Assembly (NCBI GenBank): GCA_038858525.1 | Contig: JAWCFL010000024.1 | Coordinates: 1 to 27,075 of the forward strand | Direction: 5' to 3' | Origin: Candidatus Jordarchaeales archaeon | GTDB taxonomy: Archaea > Asgardarchaeota > Jordiarchaeia > Jordiarchaeales > Freyrarchaeaceae | Length of the DNA: 27,075 nucleotides | Part shown: positions 1-8,846 of the stretch, one piece after another | Position numbering within the stretch: the first letter of the stretch is position 1 | Layout: each line of letters begins with the position of its first letter | Notes under the pieces: model-generated | The model's database searches: none | Told to the model about the DNA's origin: nothing | The model's input: the letters and a program-made list of their open reading frames with translations, nothing else | Position numbers and translations under genes: made by a program

Positions 1-3
1 AGA

Positions 4-303
4 ATGAGTGAGAGTGAGGAGGACGCTAGGTCTGGTTTCGCAAAGTTCTTAAAGCTTGGGGAGGCTTCCATGAGGATAGTGAAGTATGTGTTGTGCTCCC
101 CAGATCCAGTTACGCCTAAAGAGCTTATTGAGAAGTTAGGGTTAAGCGAGGGGGCTGTTTGGAACGCGCTTAGCAGGCTTAGTAAAGCCGGATTTCTGGT
201 TCCCACGGGGAGAGGAGAATACAGAGCTAATCAGGGATACATACTTGCAATGGTCCTCTTCGCTTTAGTTGAGCTTTACGAGAAAAGGGGGAAGAGGAGA
301 TGA
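4..303 (+). CDS. Winged-HTH transcriptional regulator (MarR/TrmB-like)
   Basis: VTPKELIEKLGLSEGAVWNALSRLSKAGFLV..GRGEY is an HTH plus wing, followed by a hydrophobic C-terminal helix. Confidence 0.75.
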   Translation: MSESEEDARSGFAKFLKLGEASMRIVKYVLCSPDPVTPKELIEKLGLSEGAVWNALSRLSKAGFLVPTGRGEYRANQGYILAMVLFALVELYEKRGKRR

Positions 304-632
304 GTGGAAGTATTGAAAAAGTGAATCCTAGAGCCGTGATATCGGCTCTTATGGGTTTCAAGGAGAGAGGGGCATCCGTTCTTTCATATATTCTTATGAG
401 GCAAGAGGGAAAGCCTGTTCCGCCATCAGAAATCCAGAAGGCGCTGAACATTTCTCCGTCAAATCTTTCCCACTCGGGAAGAAGTCTTGAGAATCTCGGC
501 TTAATAAAGAGGAGCCCAGATGGCTACACTCCGAACATGGGAGTGATCATAAACGTTTTGTTATCTGTCGTAGTAGACCTTGTAAAGCGCGTTGAAGAGC
601 TGGAGAAAGAAACTGAAAAGAAACAAGGATAA
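300..632 (+). CDS. Winged-HTH regulator, paralog of the upstream gene
   Basis: VPPSEIQKALNISPSNLSHSGRSLENLGLIKR..DGY; ATGA overlap with the upstream stop; same C-terminal helix layout. Confidence 0.7.
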   Translation: MSGSIEKVNPRAVISALMGFKERGASVLSYILMRQEGKPVPPSEIQKALNISPSNLSHSGRSLENLGLIKRSPDGYTPNMGVIINVLLSVVVDLVKRVEELEKETEKKQG

Positions 633-814
633 GTTACACGTCAACGACTAGGTAGCGAACTTGATGGCGTCTTAGAACGGTATCTTAGAGCGGGGGAAAT
701 CCTCGCCTACTCGAACTTCATAATGCTTCATGGTTCATTGCTAACTTTTGTTTTGAGATTCCGGGAAGCGCATGAAGGCTTTGCGTCGCTAATGCGTTGA
801 GTTTCCTCACTTTG

Positions 815-1747
815 CTAATCTCTTTTCTTCCTTTTAATGTGCCTTGACGCGTTTATAGCTGCCATGGCTCCTTCTCCCGCCGCAGTTACGACTTGCATTC
901 CACCACACGTGCAGTCTCCAGCTGCAAAGACCCCCTCGATGTTTGTTCTTTGCCAACGGTCAACTTTAACGCAGCCTTTCTCGTCAACTTCTACGCCTGC
1001 TTTTTTTACCAGCTCACTCGTAGGCACTCCGCCGAGAGAAATGAAAACGCCGTCAGCAGGGAGAACGTCTTCTCTTCCATCTTCGTATATTATTTTGACG
1101 TGTTCAACGCTATCTTTCCCACCTATCTCTGTAACACGTGCCTCGATCACTTTTACACCCTTACTCCTAATTCTCCGTATTAAGTCTTCGGCAGCTTCAA
1201 GAGGCGCGCCATGAGTTACCAGTACAACTTCACCCGCCAAGTCAGTTAAGAAGAGGGCGTCGGCCGCTGCCTCCTCGCCAGAGCCAACTACTATTACTCT
1301 AAGTCCTTTGAAGAACGCGCCGTCACATACGGGGCAGTAGCTTACTCCCCGCCCTAAAAACTCGGACTCTCCAGGTATTCTGATCTTACGTCTCTGGGTT
1401 CCAGTAGCAATTATCACGGCCATAGACAGGTAGCTACCCTTCCTGGTTGTGACCTTTTTAAGTGGACCCTTCAGGTCTAGGTCTATGGCCTCTTCGAATG
1501 TTCTTATCTCGGCGCCAAACTTTGAGCATTGCTTAACCATTCTTTCCACGAGCTCAACGCCAGCTATGCCTTCAGGGAAACCAGGATAGTTCTCTATGAA
1601 GGGGGCTTCTCCTGCTCTTCCACCCGGGATGCCGCTCTCCAAGATGAGAGTCCTTAAGCCGAGCCTAGAAGAATATATTCCAGCCGTTAGCCCAGCTGGA
1701 CCAGCACCCAATATGACCAAGTCGTATACTTGTTCCTCTTGGCTCAA
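815..1747 (-). CDS. trxB: Thioredoxin-disulfide reductase
   Basis: GAGPAG FAD motif, GRGVSYCPVCDG CxxC, GSGEEA NADPH-site variant, GVFAAGD; TTG start. Confidence 0.95.
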   Translation of the reverse strand: MSQEEQVYDLVILGAGPAGLTAGIYSSRLGLRTLILESGIPGGRAGEAPFIENYPGFPEGIAGVELVERMVKQCSKFGAEIRTFEEAIDLDLKGPLKKVTTRKGSYLSMAVIIATGTQRRKIRIPGESEFLGRGVSYCPVCDGAFFKGLRVIVVGSGEEAAADALFLTDLAGEVVLVTHGAPLEAAEDLIRRIRSKGVKVIEARVTEIGGKDSVEHVKIIYEDGREDVLPADGVFISLGGVPTSELVKKAGVEVDEKGCVKVDRWQRTNIEGVFAAGDCTCGGMQVVTAAGEGAMAAINASRHIKRKKRD

Positions 1748-1817
1748 AACATATCACCAAAAGAGTTTTTAGTCGTTCAATAATTTTGAGTCGATGATTT
1801 ATATTTGGTTTTGGTGT

Positions 1818-1837
1818 GTTTAGCTTTTTAGCTAAAC
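1818..1837. promoter_or_regulatory. Perfect 8-bp inverted repeat GTTTAGCT-tttt-AGCTAAAC in the trxB/cysK divergent region
   Basis: Read directly from sequence; function inferred only from position. Confidence 0.35.
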
Positions 1838-1890
1838 TAGTTTGTATTAGTGTCGTTGTGATTATGTGAGTTTCTTGTTGTGTGATAAAT

Positions 1891-1932
1891 TTTATAAGGA
1901 AGTTATAACAGCGTTATTATAACAGCGTTATA
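1891..1932 (+). promoter_or_regulatory. TATA-like box (TTTATAAG) followed by two tandem ATAAC-AGC-GTTAT palindromes just upstream of the cysK ATG
   Basis: 14-bp unit TTATAACAGCGTTA at 1903-1916 and 1917-1930; second copy extends to TATAAC-AGC-GTTATA (1918-1932). Confidence 0.6.
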
Positions 1933-1935
1933 TAA

Positions 1936-2862
1936 ATGGTGGTAGAAGTGAAAGTGGCGAACGACATTACAGAGCTTATAGGTGGAACTCCGATTGTTAA
2001 GTTAAGGAGGGTTGTGGAGCCCGGCTCAGCCACAGTTTACGCCAAACTGGAATGGTACAACATAGGTGGGTCTGTGAAGGACAGGATGGCTTACTACATT
2101 TTGAAGCACGCTGAGGCTGCAGGGAAACTTAGCAAGGACAAAGTAATACTTGAGGCCACCTCCGGTAACACAGGCATATCCCTAGCTATGTTGGCCGCGG
2201 CGAAAGGGTATAGAGTAGCGATAGTTATGCCTGAGTCCGTAAGCGAGGAAAGGCGGAAGATAATTAAGGCTTTTGGTGCCGACCTTATTCTTTCACCCGG
2301 AGAGAAGGGAACAGGAGGCGCCATAGAGTTAAAGCAAAGGTTACTAATGGAGAACCCTGACATTTACGTTGACATAGACCAATTCCGTGACCCAGCAAAT
2401 ATCCTGGCGCATTATGAAACGACAGGGAAGGAGATAATTGAGCAAACACAAGGGAAAGTAGATATGGTCGTTGTTGGCGTGGGAACAGCCGGGACAGGTG
2501 TTGGAACGTCAATGCGGCTTAAGGAATATAACTCAGAGATAAAAGTGGTTGGAGTTGTTCCTAAGCTCGGCGTGAGCATTCAGGGACTCAGAAATCCTAA
2601 TGAGCCGTATCCGACTCAGCTTTTCAGAAGAGAATGGTTCGATGAAATAGTGGAAATTCCGAAGGAACTGGTACCTGAAACGTTTGATGTCGCTAGAAAA
2701 ATAGCGAGAATGGAGGGGTTGCTGATAGGAATGAGCGCTGCAGCAATAATGTACGTCGCCCTGAAAAAGGCAAAGGAGCTTGGTCGGGGAAAAACCATAG
2801 TGGCAGTATTGCCAGATAACGGGCTAAAGTACCTTAGTACACCACTTTACAATTCACAGTAA
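1936..2862 (+). CDS. cysK: PLP-dependent cysteine synthase (CysK/CysM family; possibly O-phosphoserine sulfhydrylase)
   Basis: GGSVKDR PLP lysine, EATSGNTG, GVGTAGT, GMSAAA; SIQGLR segment resembles CysM-type enzymes. Confidence 0.92.
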   Translation: MVVEVKVANDITELIGGTPIVKLRRVVEPGSATVYAKLEWYNIGGSVKDRMAYYILKHAEAAGKLSKDKVILEATSGNTGISLAMLAAAKGYRVAIVMPESVSEERRKIIKAFGADLILSPGEKGTGGAIELKQRLLMENPDIYVDIDQFRDPANILAHYETTGKEIIEQTQGKVDMVVVGVGTAGTGVGTSMRLKEYNSEIKVVGVVPKLGVSIQGLRNPNEPYPTQLFRREWFDEIVEIPKELVPETFDVARKIARMEGLLIGMSAAAIMYVALKKAKELGRGKTIVAVLPDNGLKYLSTPLYNSQ

Positions 2863-3017
2863 GACTCCATAGACGGTAAGTGAAGGTTAGTGTTAAGAAC
2901 TGGTTGAAACTAACTGCGGGTCTTTTAGAGGCTATGAGCGCCGTGATGCCAAGTCTTGCTTATTTAAATACTTAATTTAATAAAATAAGTCGTATAATGT
3001 TTTTTGGTGGTGGTTTC

Positions 3018-3398
3018 ATGCGTCCTCCATGTGAACTTGTTATAAAATGCGTGCTTCCGGTTGTACGTTCTCTCGTGGCTAAGGAGCTCATCGAGAGACA
3101 TGGCTTTTCTCAGGTGGCTGCAGCCAAAAAACTTGGAGTTACTCAGGCTGCGATCAGTCATTATCTGTATTCGAAGCGTGGAATGAAATATTTGGAGAGA
3201 GTAAGTTCGATAGGCGACATGAGCCGACTGGTCAAGGAATTGGCTGATGGAATAGCTAGTGGGGCTATGTCTGATGCGGAGTTAGTGACGCGGCTTTGCG
3301 GCGTATGTTCGAGCATGCGTTCTCAGCGTTTGCTGTGTGACATACATAAAGGTTTTGGGAATCTGCCCGACACATGCAACCTTTGTACGGACATATGA
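3018..3398 (+). CDS. Archaeal HTH regulator (COG2522-like) with a Cys-rich C-terminus
   Basis: MRPPCE..LPVVRSLVAKELIERHGFSQVAAAKKLGVTQAAISHYL; C-terminal CGVC..CDIH..CNLC; ATG 3018 follows GGTGGTGG SD. Confidence 0.8.
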   Translation: MRPPCELVIKCVLPVVRSLVAKELIERHGFSQVAAAKKLGVTQAAISHYLYSKRGMKYLERVSSIGDMSRLVKELADGIASGAMSDAELVTRLCGVCSSMRSQRLLCDIHKGFGNLPDTCNLCTDI

Positions 3399-3637
3399 GC
3401 ATGGAAGCACATCATATTTGGCGTGTTAACCAATTCTGGCTCCACTTTTTCATGCATGATTCCGAACAAAACACGTAGAGCTTATTGACGCAACAGGTTT
3501 TCCTCGTTATTGGTTTGCCCTTTATAAGTTGGCCACAGGTTTGACACCTCATTTTTCCGCCTCCACGCATCTGCCTTTCTTAACAATAGTTAATTTTATT
3601 AATGTTTCGACACTAAAAACACTTAAGGTGGAGTAAT

Positions 3638-4435
3638 ATGACAGCTGAGGAATATGGGGAGCTCGATGAGGCGATAATTACAAGAGCAATTATTGAGAGC
3701 TCCGCTAGGATGCTAGTTGATGCTTCAAATACGGACGTCGTAGTAGTTGGAGCTGGACCAGCGGGACTTACAGCGGCGAGATACCTCGCTAAGTCCGGCC
3801 TAAGAACAGTTGTTTTCGAGAGAAAACTCTCCTTTGGAGGCGGTCTAGGTGGAGGAGGGATGCTCTTCCCCAAAATTGTGATCCAGAAGCCGGCAGACGA
3901 AATTTTAAGGGATGTTGGCTGCCCACTTGAAAAATTCGACGAGAAGCTCTTTCTAGCAGATGCCGCAACGGTAATGGCGAAGCTAGCTGTCGGAGCTGTA
4001 GACGCCGGCGCAAGAATAATTTTCGGCGTCACGGTGGACGACGTGATATTCAGAAAGGGAGAGAGGGAGGCGAAGATAGTAGGAGTCGTAGTTCAGTGGA
4101 CTGCCGTAATAATGTCCGGGATACACGTTGACCCGCTGAGCATTAGAAGCCGAGCGGTTGTTGACGCAACTGGTCACGACGCTGAGATACTTACAATTGC
4201 CTCGAGAAAGATTCCAGAACTTGGACTAACTGTTCAAGGCGAAAAATCCATGTGGGCTGAGGAGGCAGAAAGACTGACTGTTGAAAAAACAGGAAGAGTT
4301 TGCCCTGGGCTATACGCCGCCGGGATGGCTGTTGCAGCGCTACACCAAACGCCACGCATGGGACCTATTTTTGGCGGAATGCTACTGAGTGGGCGAAAAG
4401 TTGCGGAAATCATACTTAAAGACCTTCAAAGATGA
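3638..4435 (+). CDS. thi4: Sulfide-dependent adenosine diphosphate thiazole synthase (non-Cys Thi4)
   Basis: [24 protein letters not shown] (His at the suicide-Cys position), [21 protein letters not shown]. Confidence 0.95.
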   Translation: MTAEEYGELDEAIITRAIIESSARMLVDASNTDVVVVGAGPAGLTAARYLAKSGLRTVVFERKLSFGGGLGGGGMLFPKIVIQKPADEILRDVGCPLEKFDEKLFLADAATVMAKLAVGAVDAGARIIFGVTVDDVIFRKGEREAKIVGVVVQWTAVIMSGIHVDPLSIRSRAVVDATGHDAEILTIASRKIPELGLTVQGEKSMWAEEAERLTVEKTGRVCPGLYAAGMAVAALHQTPRMGPIFGGMLLSGRKVAEIILKDLQR

Positions 4436-4526
4436 AGACGATGGCTCAAATGAAGTAGACCTGAGCTACTGCACTTTGAAAGGTGAAAGAAAAAGTGAGT
4501 TACCTGATCTGCTAGGAAAACAATAA

Positions 4527-5357
4527 ATGCCTTTAAGGCTTGTTTTCCCTGTGAGTCTTATGCTTCAGCCGAGTGTAAAGGTTAAGGTTAAAAAAGTCGA
4601 CCTTTTTAGAGGTAAGATTGATACCGTTGATGACTGGGTATCGGTAGAGACGGCCGTGGTACTGTACATTAACGGAGAGCGTGCGACCACTTTCCTGTCG
4701 CTTCCATCACAGCTAAAGGAGCTTTGCGTTGGATGGCTACTGACTCAGTCCATAGTAGACTCAGTTGATGATATTGAAAGCGTGCAGGTTGAAAATGGGA
4801 AGGTAAGGGTTCGTTGTAGTAAAAACATTAAAGCTCGACTGAAAGCTTTAGGGCCACCAGTAGTTACAGATTCAGCATGCGGCTCTGAAAACACTTCGTA
4901 CTTTTATCTTATAGACAGGATCACGAAGCCCTTTGTAGATTCGAAATACAGAGTCAAAGCAGAAGATTTATCGTCATTCATGAAGGTTCTTAATGAGAAA
5001 GCTCAGCTTTTCAAGCTTACAGGAGGCACCCACTCTGCTGCGTTGTTTAGCAACGGGGAGCTTGTGGCGTTCGCTGAAGACGTTGGGCGACATAACACAG
5101 TTGACAAAGTAGTGGGTTCCGCCGCGCTAAATAAAGCAGACTTCTCCAGCTCAGTTCTAGTAAGTACAGGCAGGCAACCAGCAAGCATGGTTATGAAGGC
5201 TGCGCGCGTCGGTATTCCAATAATAGCATCCATTTCAGCTCCCCTATACTCAGGAATAATTGCAGCGGAGCAAGCCGGAGTAACATTAGTATGCTTCGTG
5301 CGGGGAAAACGGATGAACATCTACACTCACCATGAAAGAATAACAGGAGTTTTTTGA
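4527..5357 (+). CDS. fdhD: Formate dehydrogenase accessory sulfurtransferase
   Basis: DSACG Cys motif, TGGTHSAA, EDVGRHNTVDKVVG, STGR, SAP. True start may lie a few codons downstream. Confidence 0.93.
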   Translation: MPLRLVFPVSLMLQPSVKVKVKKVDLFRGKIDTVDDWVSVETAVVLYINGERATTFLSLPSQLKELCVGWLLTQSIVDSVDDIESVQVENGKVRVRCSKNIKARLKALGPPVVTDSACGSENTSYFYLIDRITKPFVDSKYRVKAEDLSSFMKVLNEKAQLFKLTGGTHSAALFSNGELVAFAEDVGRHNTVDKVVGSAALNKADFSSSVLVSTGRQPASMVMKAARVGIPIIASISAPLYSGIIAAEQAGVTLVCFVRGKRMNIYTHHERITGVF

Positions 5358-5583
5358 GCCATCTAAACTTGAAGATATTCTTAAACTTAGAGAAGGCGAT
5401 TTTCAAACTAAGTTTTTAAACCATGATGGGCGCCTATGCCCTGAAGATGGCCTCTTTGGCTAAATAGTGACAGGGAACTTCTATCACTAGCAGGAAAATA
5501 GAATAGAAGTAAGATGTACTGGGGAGAAAAGGGGCGAGTTGAAGTGTGGAAAAGAAGAAGTGTTTCCCTTTAATGATGGCAAG

Positions 5584-5853
5584 TTATTCCAAGATTTTTT
5601 TAAGTGTTTTTTCCACTTCTTTTCTGTCTCCGGCGTTTTTGAATATTACTCGGCCCGTCTTGTAAACCTTTAAAGTTTTTCCGTTGTAACTCACGTCGAA
5701 CATTATTCCTGATAGAGAGTTTAAGACCTCGCCGCGCTCAATTATTTTGTTTATAGCTTCGTTCCTTTTGGCATGTTTGAAGGTGACTATGAAGTCTCTT
5801 CCTTCCCCGCAAGCTTCCTCTATGCTGGCGACGTACTCTTCTATCTCTGGCGT
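5584..5853 (-). CDS. 89-aa protein absent from the ORF track, apparent ACG start; resembles the small alpha/beta domain at the N-terminus of COG4871 proteins and C-terminus of some ThiF/MoeB proteins
   Basis: Hand translation: (M)PEIEEYVASIEEACGEGRDFIVTFKHAKRNEAINKIIERGEVLNSLSGIMFDVSYNGKTLKVYKTGRVIFKNAGDRKEVEKTLKKILE*; GGAGGGG SD 5 nt before ACG; overlaps the sufS end by 13 nt. Confidence 0.75.
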   Translation of the reverse strand, partial: TPEIEEYVASIEEACGEGRDFIVTFKHAKRNEAINKIIERGEVLNSLSGIMFDVSYNGKTLKVYKTGRVIFKNAGDRKEVEKTLKKILE

Positions 5854-7103
5854 TTTAACCCCTCCGATACCTCCCTCAGAACCTCAACAAAACGGTCTAC
5901 TTCTTCCCGAGTATTATAAACGTAGAAGCTCGCTCTAACAGACGACTTCAGCCCTAAGTGCTGGTGTAGTGGTTGGGCGCAGTGGAAGCCGCTTCGAACC
6001 ATTATTCCGAACTGGTCTAGTAGGAGCGCTAGGTCATGTGAGTCTAGACCATCCATGTTGAAAGGTATTATTCCGCACCTATCTATTTCCCTTCCTGGAC
6101 CATAAGTCTTTAAAGTGCTCACTTCCCTAAGCTTGTCTAGAGCGTAGATGGTTAAGTTCCTCTCGTGCTCGTGCACGTTTTCCATACCTAGTCGCTTCAA
6201 GTATCTCACCGCCTCCATGAGACCGACGGCGCCACAAACATTTGGTGTTCCGGCTTCAAACTTCCAAGGCAGTTCGTTCCACGAAATCCTTAGTCTCCCT
6301 TCGTTATGAGTGTAGGTGACCTCTTTTATCATGTCACCCCCAAAAAGAAATGGTTCTCCTCCCTCTAATAGCTCACGCTTAGCGTAAAGGACGCCTATCC
6401 CCGTTGGTCCAAGCATTTTGTGGCCGGAGAACGCCAGGAAATCCACGTCTAGTTTTTTGACGTCCACTGGCATATGAGGAACAGACTGGGCTCCGTCTAC
6501 GAGGAGTAGTGCGCCATGTTCGTGTGCGAGTTTTGAGATTTTCTCTATATCGTTGATTACACCTGTAACGTTTGAAGCATGTGTCACACAAACAAAGCGT
6601 GTCTTTCCAGTTACAAGTTGCTCTAGACTTTCGTAGTTTAGAGTGCCGTCGTAATTAACACCCGCATACTTAACCTTGAACTTCTTTATTCTTGAGAGAG
6701 ATTCCCATGGAACAAGGTTGCTGTGGTGCTCCATCAGCGTGACAACCACTTCGTCTTCAGGGTTCAGTTTTAACCCCCAAGAGTAGGCTACGAGATTTAT
6801 CGCTTCGGTGGCGTTTTTCACGAAGACTACTTCCTCGTAGCTCTCAGCGTTTATGAAGCTTGCTACTTCTTTATGTGCTTCCTCGTAGAGCTCGGTTGCC
6901 TCTTGGGATAACGTGTGAACAGCCCTGTGAATGTTGGCGTTGCTTTTCTCATAAAACTCTCTCATCGCTTCTATCACGCTTATCGGCTTCTGCGACGTCG
7001 CTGCATTATCGAAGTAAACTAGGGGGTAACCATTCACAGTCCTCTTAAGTATGGGAAAGTCTTCCCTGACCCTGTAAGGGTCAAGCAACGCTACTACCCC
7101 CAA
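5841..7103 (-). CDS. sufS: Cysteine desulfurase, SufS (group II) type
   Basis: YFDNAATSQKP, MEHHSN, DGAQS, SGHKMLGPTG, EAGTPN, RSGFHCAQP, SVRASF: all catalytic residues present. Confidence 0.95.
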   Translation of the reverse strand: MGVVALLDPYRVREDFPILKRTVNGYPLVYFDNAATSQKPISVIEAMREFYEKSNANIHRAVHTLSQEATELYEEAHKEVASFINAESYEEVVFVKNATEAINLVAYSWGLKLNPEDEVVVTLMEHHSNLVPWESLSRIKKFKVKYAGVNYDGTLNYESLEQLVTGKTRFVCVTHASNVTGVINDIEKISKLAHEHGALLLVDGAQSVPHMPVDVKKLDVDFLAFSGHKMLGPTGIGVLYAKRELLEGGEPFLFGGDMIKEVTYTHNEGRLRISWNELPWKFEAGTPNVCGAVGLMEAVRYLKRLGMENVHEHERNLTIYALDKLREVSTLKTYGPGREIDRCGIIPFNMDGLDSHDLALLLDQFGIMVRSGFHCAQPLHQHLGLKSSVRASFYVYNTREEVDRFVEVLREVSEGLKRQR

Positions 7104-7584
7104 TTCTCTTAGCGAGCCTCTTCGCCAACTCTTCTTCCTCTAAAGCCTGTCTCTCCTCGAAAGTTATATCCTTTGGAAGCCAGTCAGGTGTCTTCCCTTT
7201 TCTTTTGTAATATTCTCTTATGGCTCTCCTCATCGCGCCAACAGCTAATACGCCGCAGTGAAACTTAACCGAGGGCAGGCCACCAACCTCCTCTGAAACT
7301 TGCTTCCAAGAGATCTCCCATGCTTCTTTCAGCGTCTTACCTTTCACCATTTCTGTCAGGATGCTCGAAGTGGCTATGTTAGCGGCGCACCCATAGCTCT
7401 CAAAGCTAGCCCGCTCTATAACTTCGTTTTCACTCACCTTAAGGTAGAAAGTTATCATGTCACCGCATGCAGGGTTACCTGCAACTGCCCAAGCATCGGC
7501 ATCCTCCATTCTGCCGAGGTTTTTCGGGTTCCTGAAAAGATCCAAGATCTTCGGGCTATAAGGAAGCGGAGCCCTAGACAACAA
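7081..7584 (-). CDS. iscU: Fe-S cluster scaffold IscU/NifU-like
   Basis: GNPACGDMI, YGCAANIATSS, KFHCGVLA (three Cys plus Asp); charged C-terminal extension. Confidence 0.92.
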   Translation of the reverse strand: MLSRAPLPYSPKILDLFRNPKNLGRMEDADAWAVAGNPACGDMITFYLKVSENEVIERASFESYGCAANIATSSILTEMVKGKTLKEAWEISWKQVSEEVGGLPSVKFHCGVLAVGAMRRAIREYYKRKGKTPDWLPKDITFEERQALEEEELAKRLAKRIGGSSVA

Positions 7585-8802
7585 TTATCCCCCCATACTC
7601 CCATATATCATTCTAAGTCTAGATACAGCTTCCCGTATGGATTGGAGGACGTACTCGATGTCCTCGTCTGTATGGTAGCGTGTAACCTTCATCAGGATGC
7701 TTCCATGCGCCTCCTCAAATCTTCTTCCAATGGCGAGCAGCACGTGGCTTGGCTGAAGAATACGTCTCGTGCAAGCACTTCCACTCGAAACATAAACCCC
7801 TCTTAAACTAAGCTCGACGGTCAATGATTCGCCTTCACACTTAAGGAAGCTAACGTTAACGTTATCCGGCGCCCTCCTATCCCCTAATGGCCCATTAAGA
7901 ATAGTTCCATCTAAGCCGTTCAGTATTCCACTTATAAGTTTGTCTCTGAGACGCGCCATGTGCGCAACGTTCCCATCAAAGTTGCTGAAGGCTTTCTCTG
8001 ACGCGGCGGCGAAACCGACAATTAATGGAGTATTTTCGACGCCGGGCCACAGTTTCTGCGTTCCAAACTGCCCCTCCAGTATCTTCTCGAGGGAGACGCC
8101 ACCCTTAACGTATAGGGCGCCAATTCCTCTTGGACCCAGAATCTTGTAGCTGCTTATTGTTGCAAGGTCAACGTCGAGGCGGCCCACATCAAACCTTACT
8201 CTTCCGTAGGCGTCAGAAGCATCCGTGTGGAAAATGGCTTCGGGGCTCTTGTCCTTCACTATCTCGACGGCCTCTCTAAGCGGCTCAATGGTTCCTATCT
8301 CGTTGTTTACAGCCATAAAGCTAGCCAAAATCACTTCGCGGTCAGCGAGCTCCTTTAGCCTCTCAAGGTTAATGAAACCTTCTTCATCGACGGGAACATT
8401 CACAGTTGTGAAACCATAATTTTCCAGCATACGGCAGACGTGAAGGATGCTTAGCGGCTCAACCTCTGACACAAGTATCTTTCGTCCCTTCTCCTTACGT
8501 CTAAGCGCGGCACCTATTAGAGCCAGGTTGTTCGCTTCAGTCTCACCCGGAGTGAAGTTTATCTCTTCTGGCTCCTTAGAGCCGATAAAGCTGGCGATTT
8601 TTTCAGCAGATTTCGATATCGCCTCGTACGCCTCCCAGCCCGGCTTATGCGTCAGCGTCGGGTTCCCATAAGCAACTCTGTTGAAGTATGGAAGCATCAC
8701 TTCAAGGATCTCGCCGGGTACGGGGCTGGAATTCTCGAAATCCAAGTAAACTTCCCTTTTCAGCTCGCCATGCGCTTTAATTAGCTCCTCGACATCTCCC
8801 AA
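7585..8802 (-). CDS. iscS: IscS/NifS-like (group I) protein with a degenerate PLP/substrate site
   Basis: Family scaffold clear (GNP, TEANN, VNNEIG, YKILGP, SSGSACT, PSHVL), but several active-site residues are substituted (see findings). Confidence 0.85.
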   Translation of the reverse strand: MGDVEELIKAHGELKREVYLDFENSSPVPGEILEVMLPYFNRVAYGNPTLTHKPGWEAYEAISKSAEKIASFIGSKEPEEINFTPGETEANNLALIGAALRRKEKGRKILVSEVEPLSILHVCRMLENYGFTTVNVPVDEEGFINLERLKELADREVILASFMAVNNEIGTIEPLREAVEIVKDKSPEAIFHTDASDAYGRVRFDVGRLDVDLATISSYKILGPRGIGALYVKGGVSLEKILEGQFGTQKLWPGVENTPLIVGFAAASEKAFSNFDGNVAHMARLRDKLISGILNGLDGTILNGPLGDRRAPDNVNVSFLKCEGESLTVELSLRGVYVSSGSACTRRILQPSHVLLAIGRRFEEAHGSILMKVTRYHTDEDIEYVLQSIREAVSRLRMIYGSMGG

Positions 8803-8846
8803 TTCAAAATCAACTCCAAACAGAGTCTAGTCCCTTAAACTAACTG

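Noticed and set aside
633-800. About 55 stop-free codons continuing in frame after the second wHTH stop
   Set aside because: No SD-supported start, no recognisable motif, and the length is compatible with chance.
1903-1930. Tandem repeat as a CRISPR remnant
   Set aside because: Only two abutting 14-bp units with no spacer; no array anywhere in the window.
1903-1932. SurR binding site
   Set aside because: SurR recognises GTT-N3-AAC; here the arrangement is AAC-N3-GTT.
4455-4520. TPP-riboswitch-like words (CTGAG, ACCTGATCTG, TAGGAAA) after thi4
   Set aside because: The P5/L5 segment and P1-P2 pairing cannot be built, and the site is downstream of thi4 rather than upstream. An Infernal RF00059 search would settle it.
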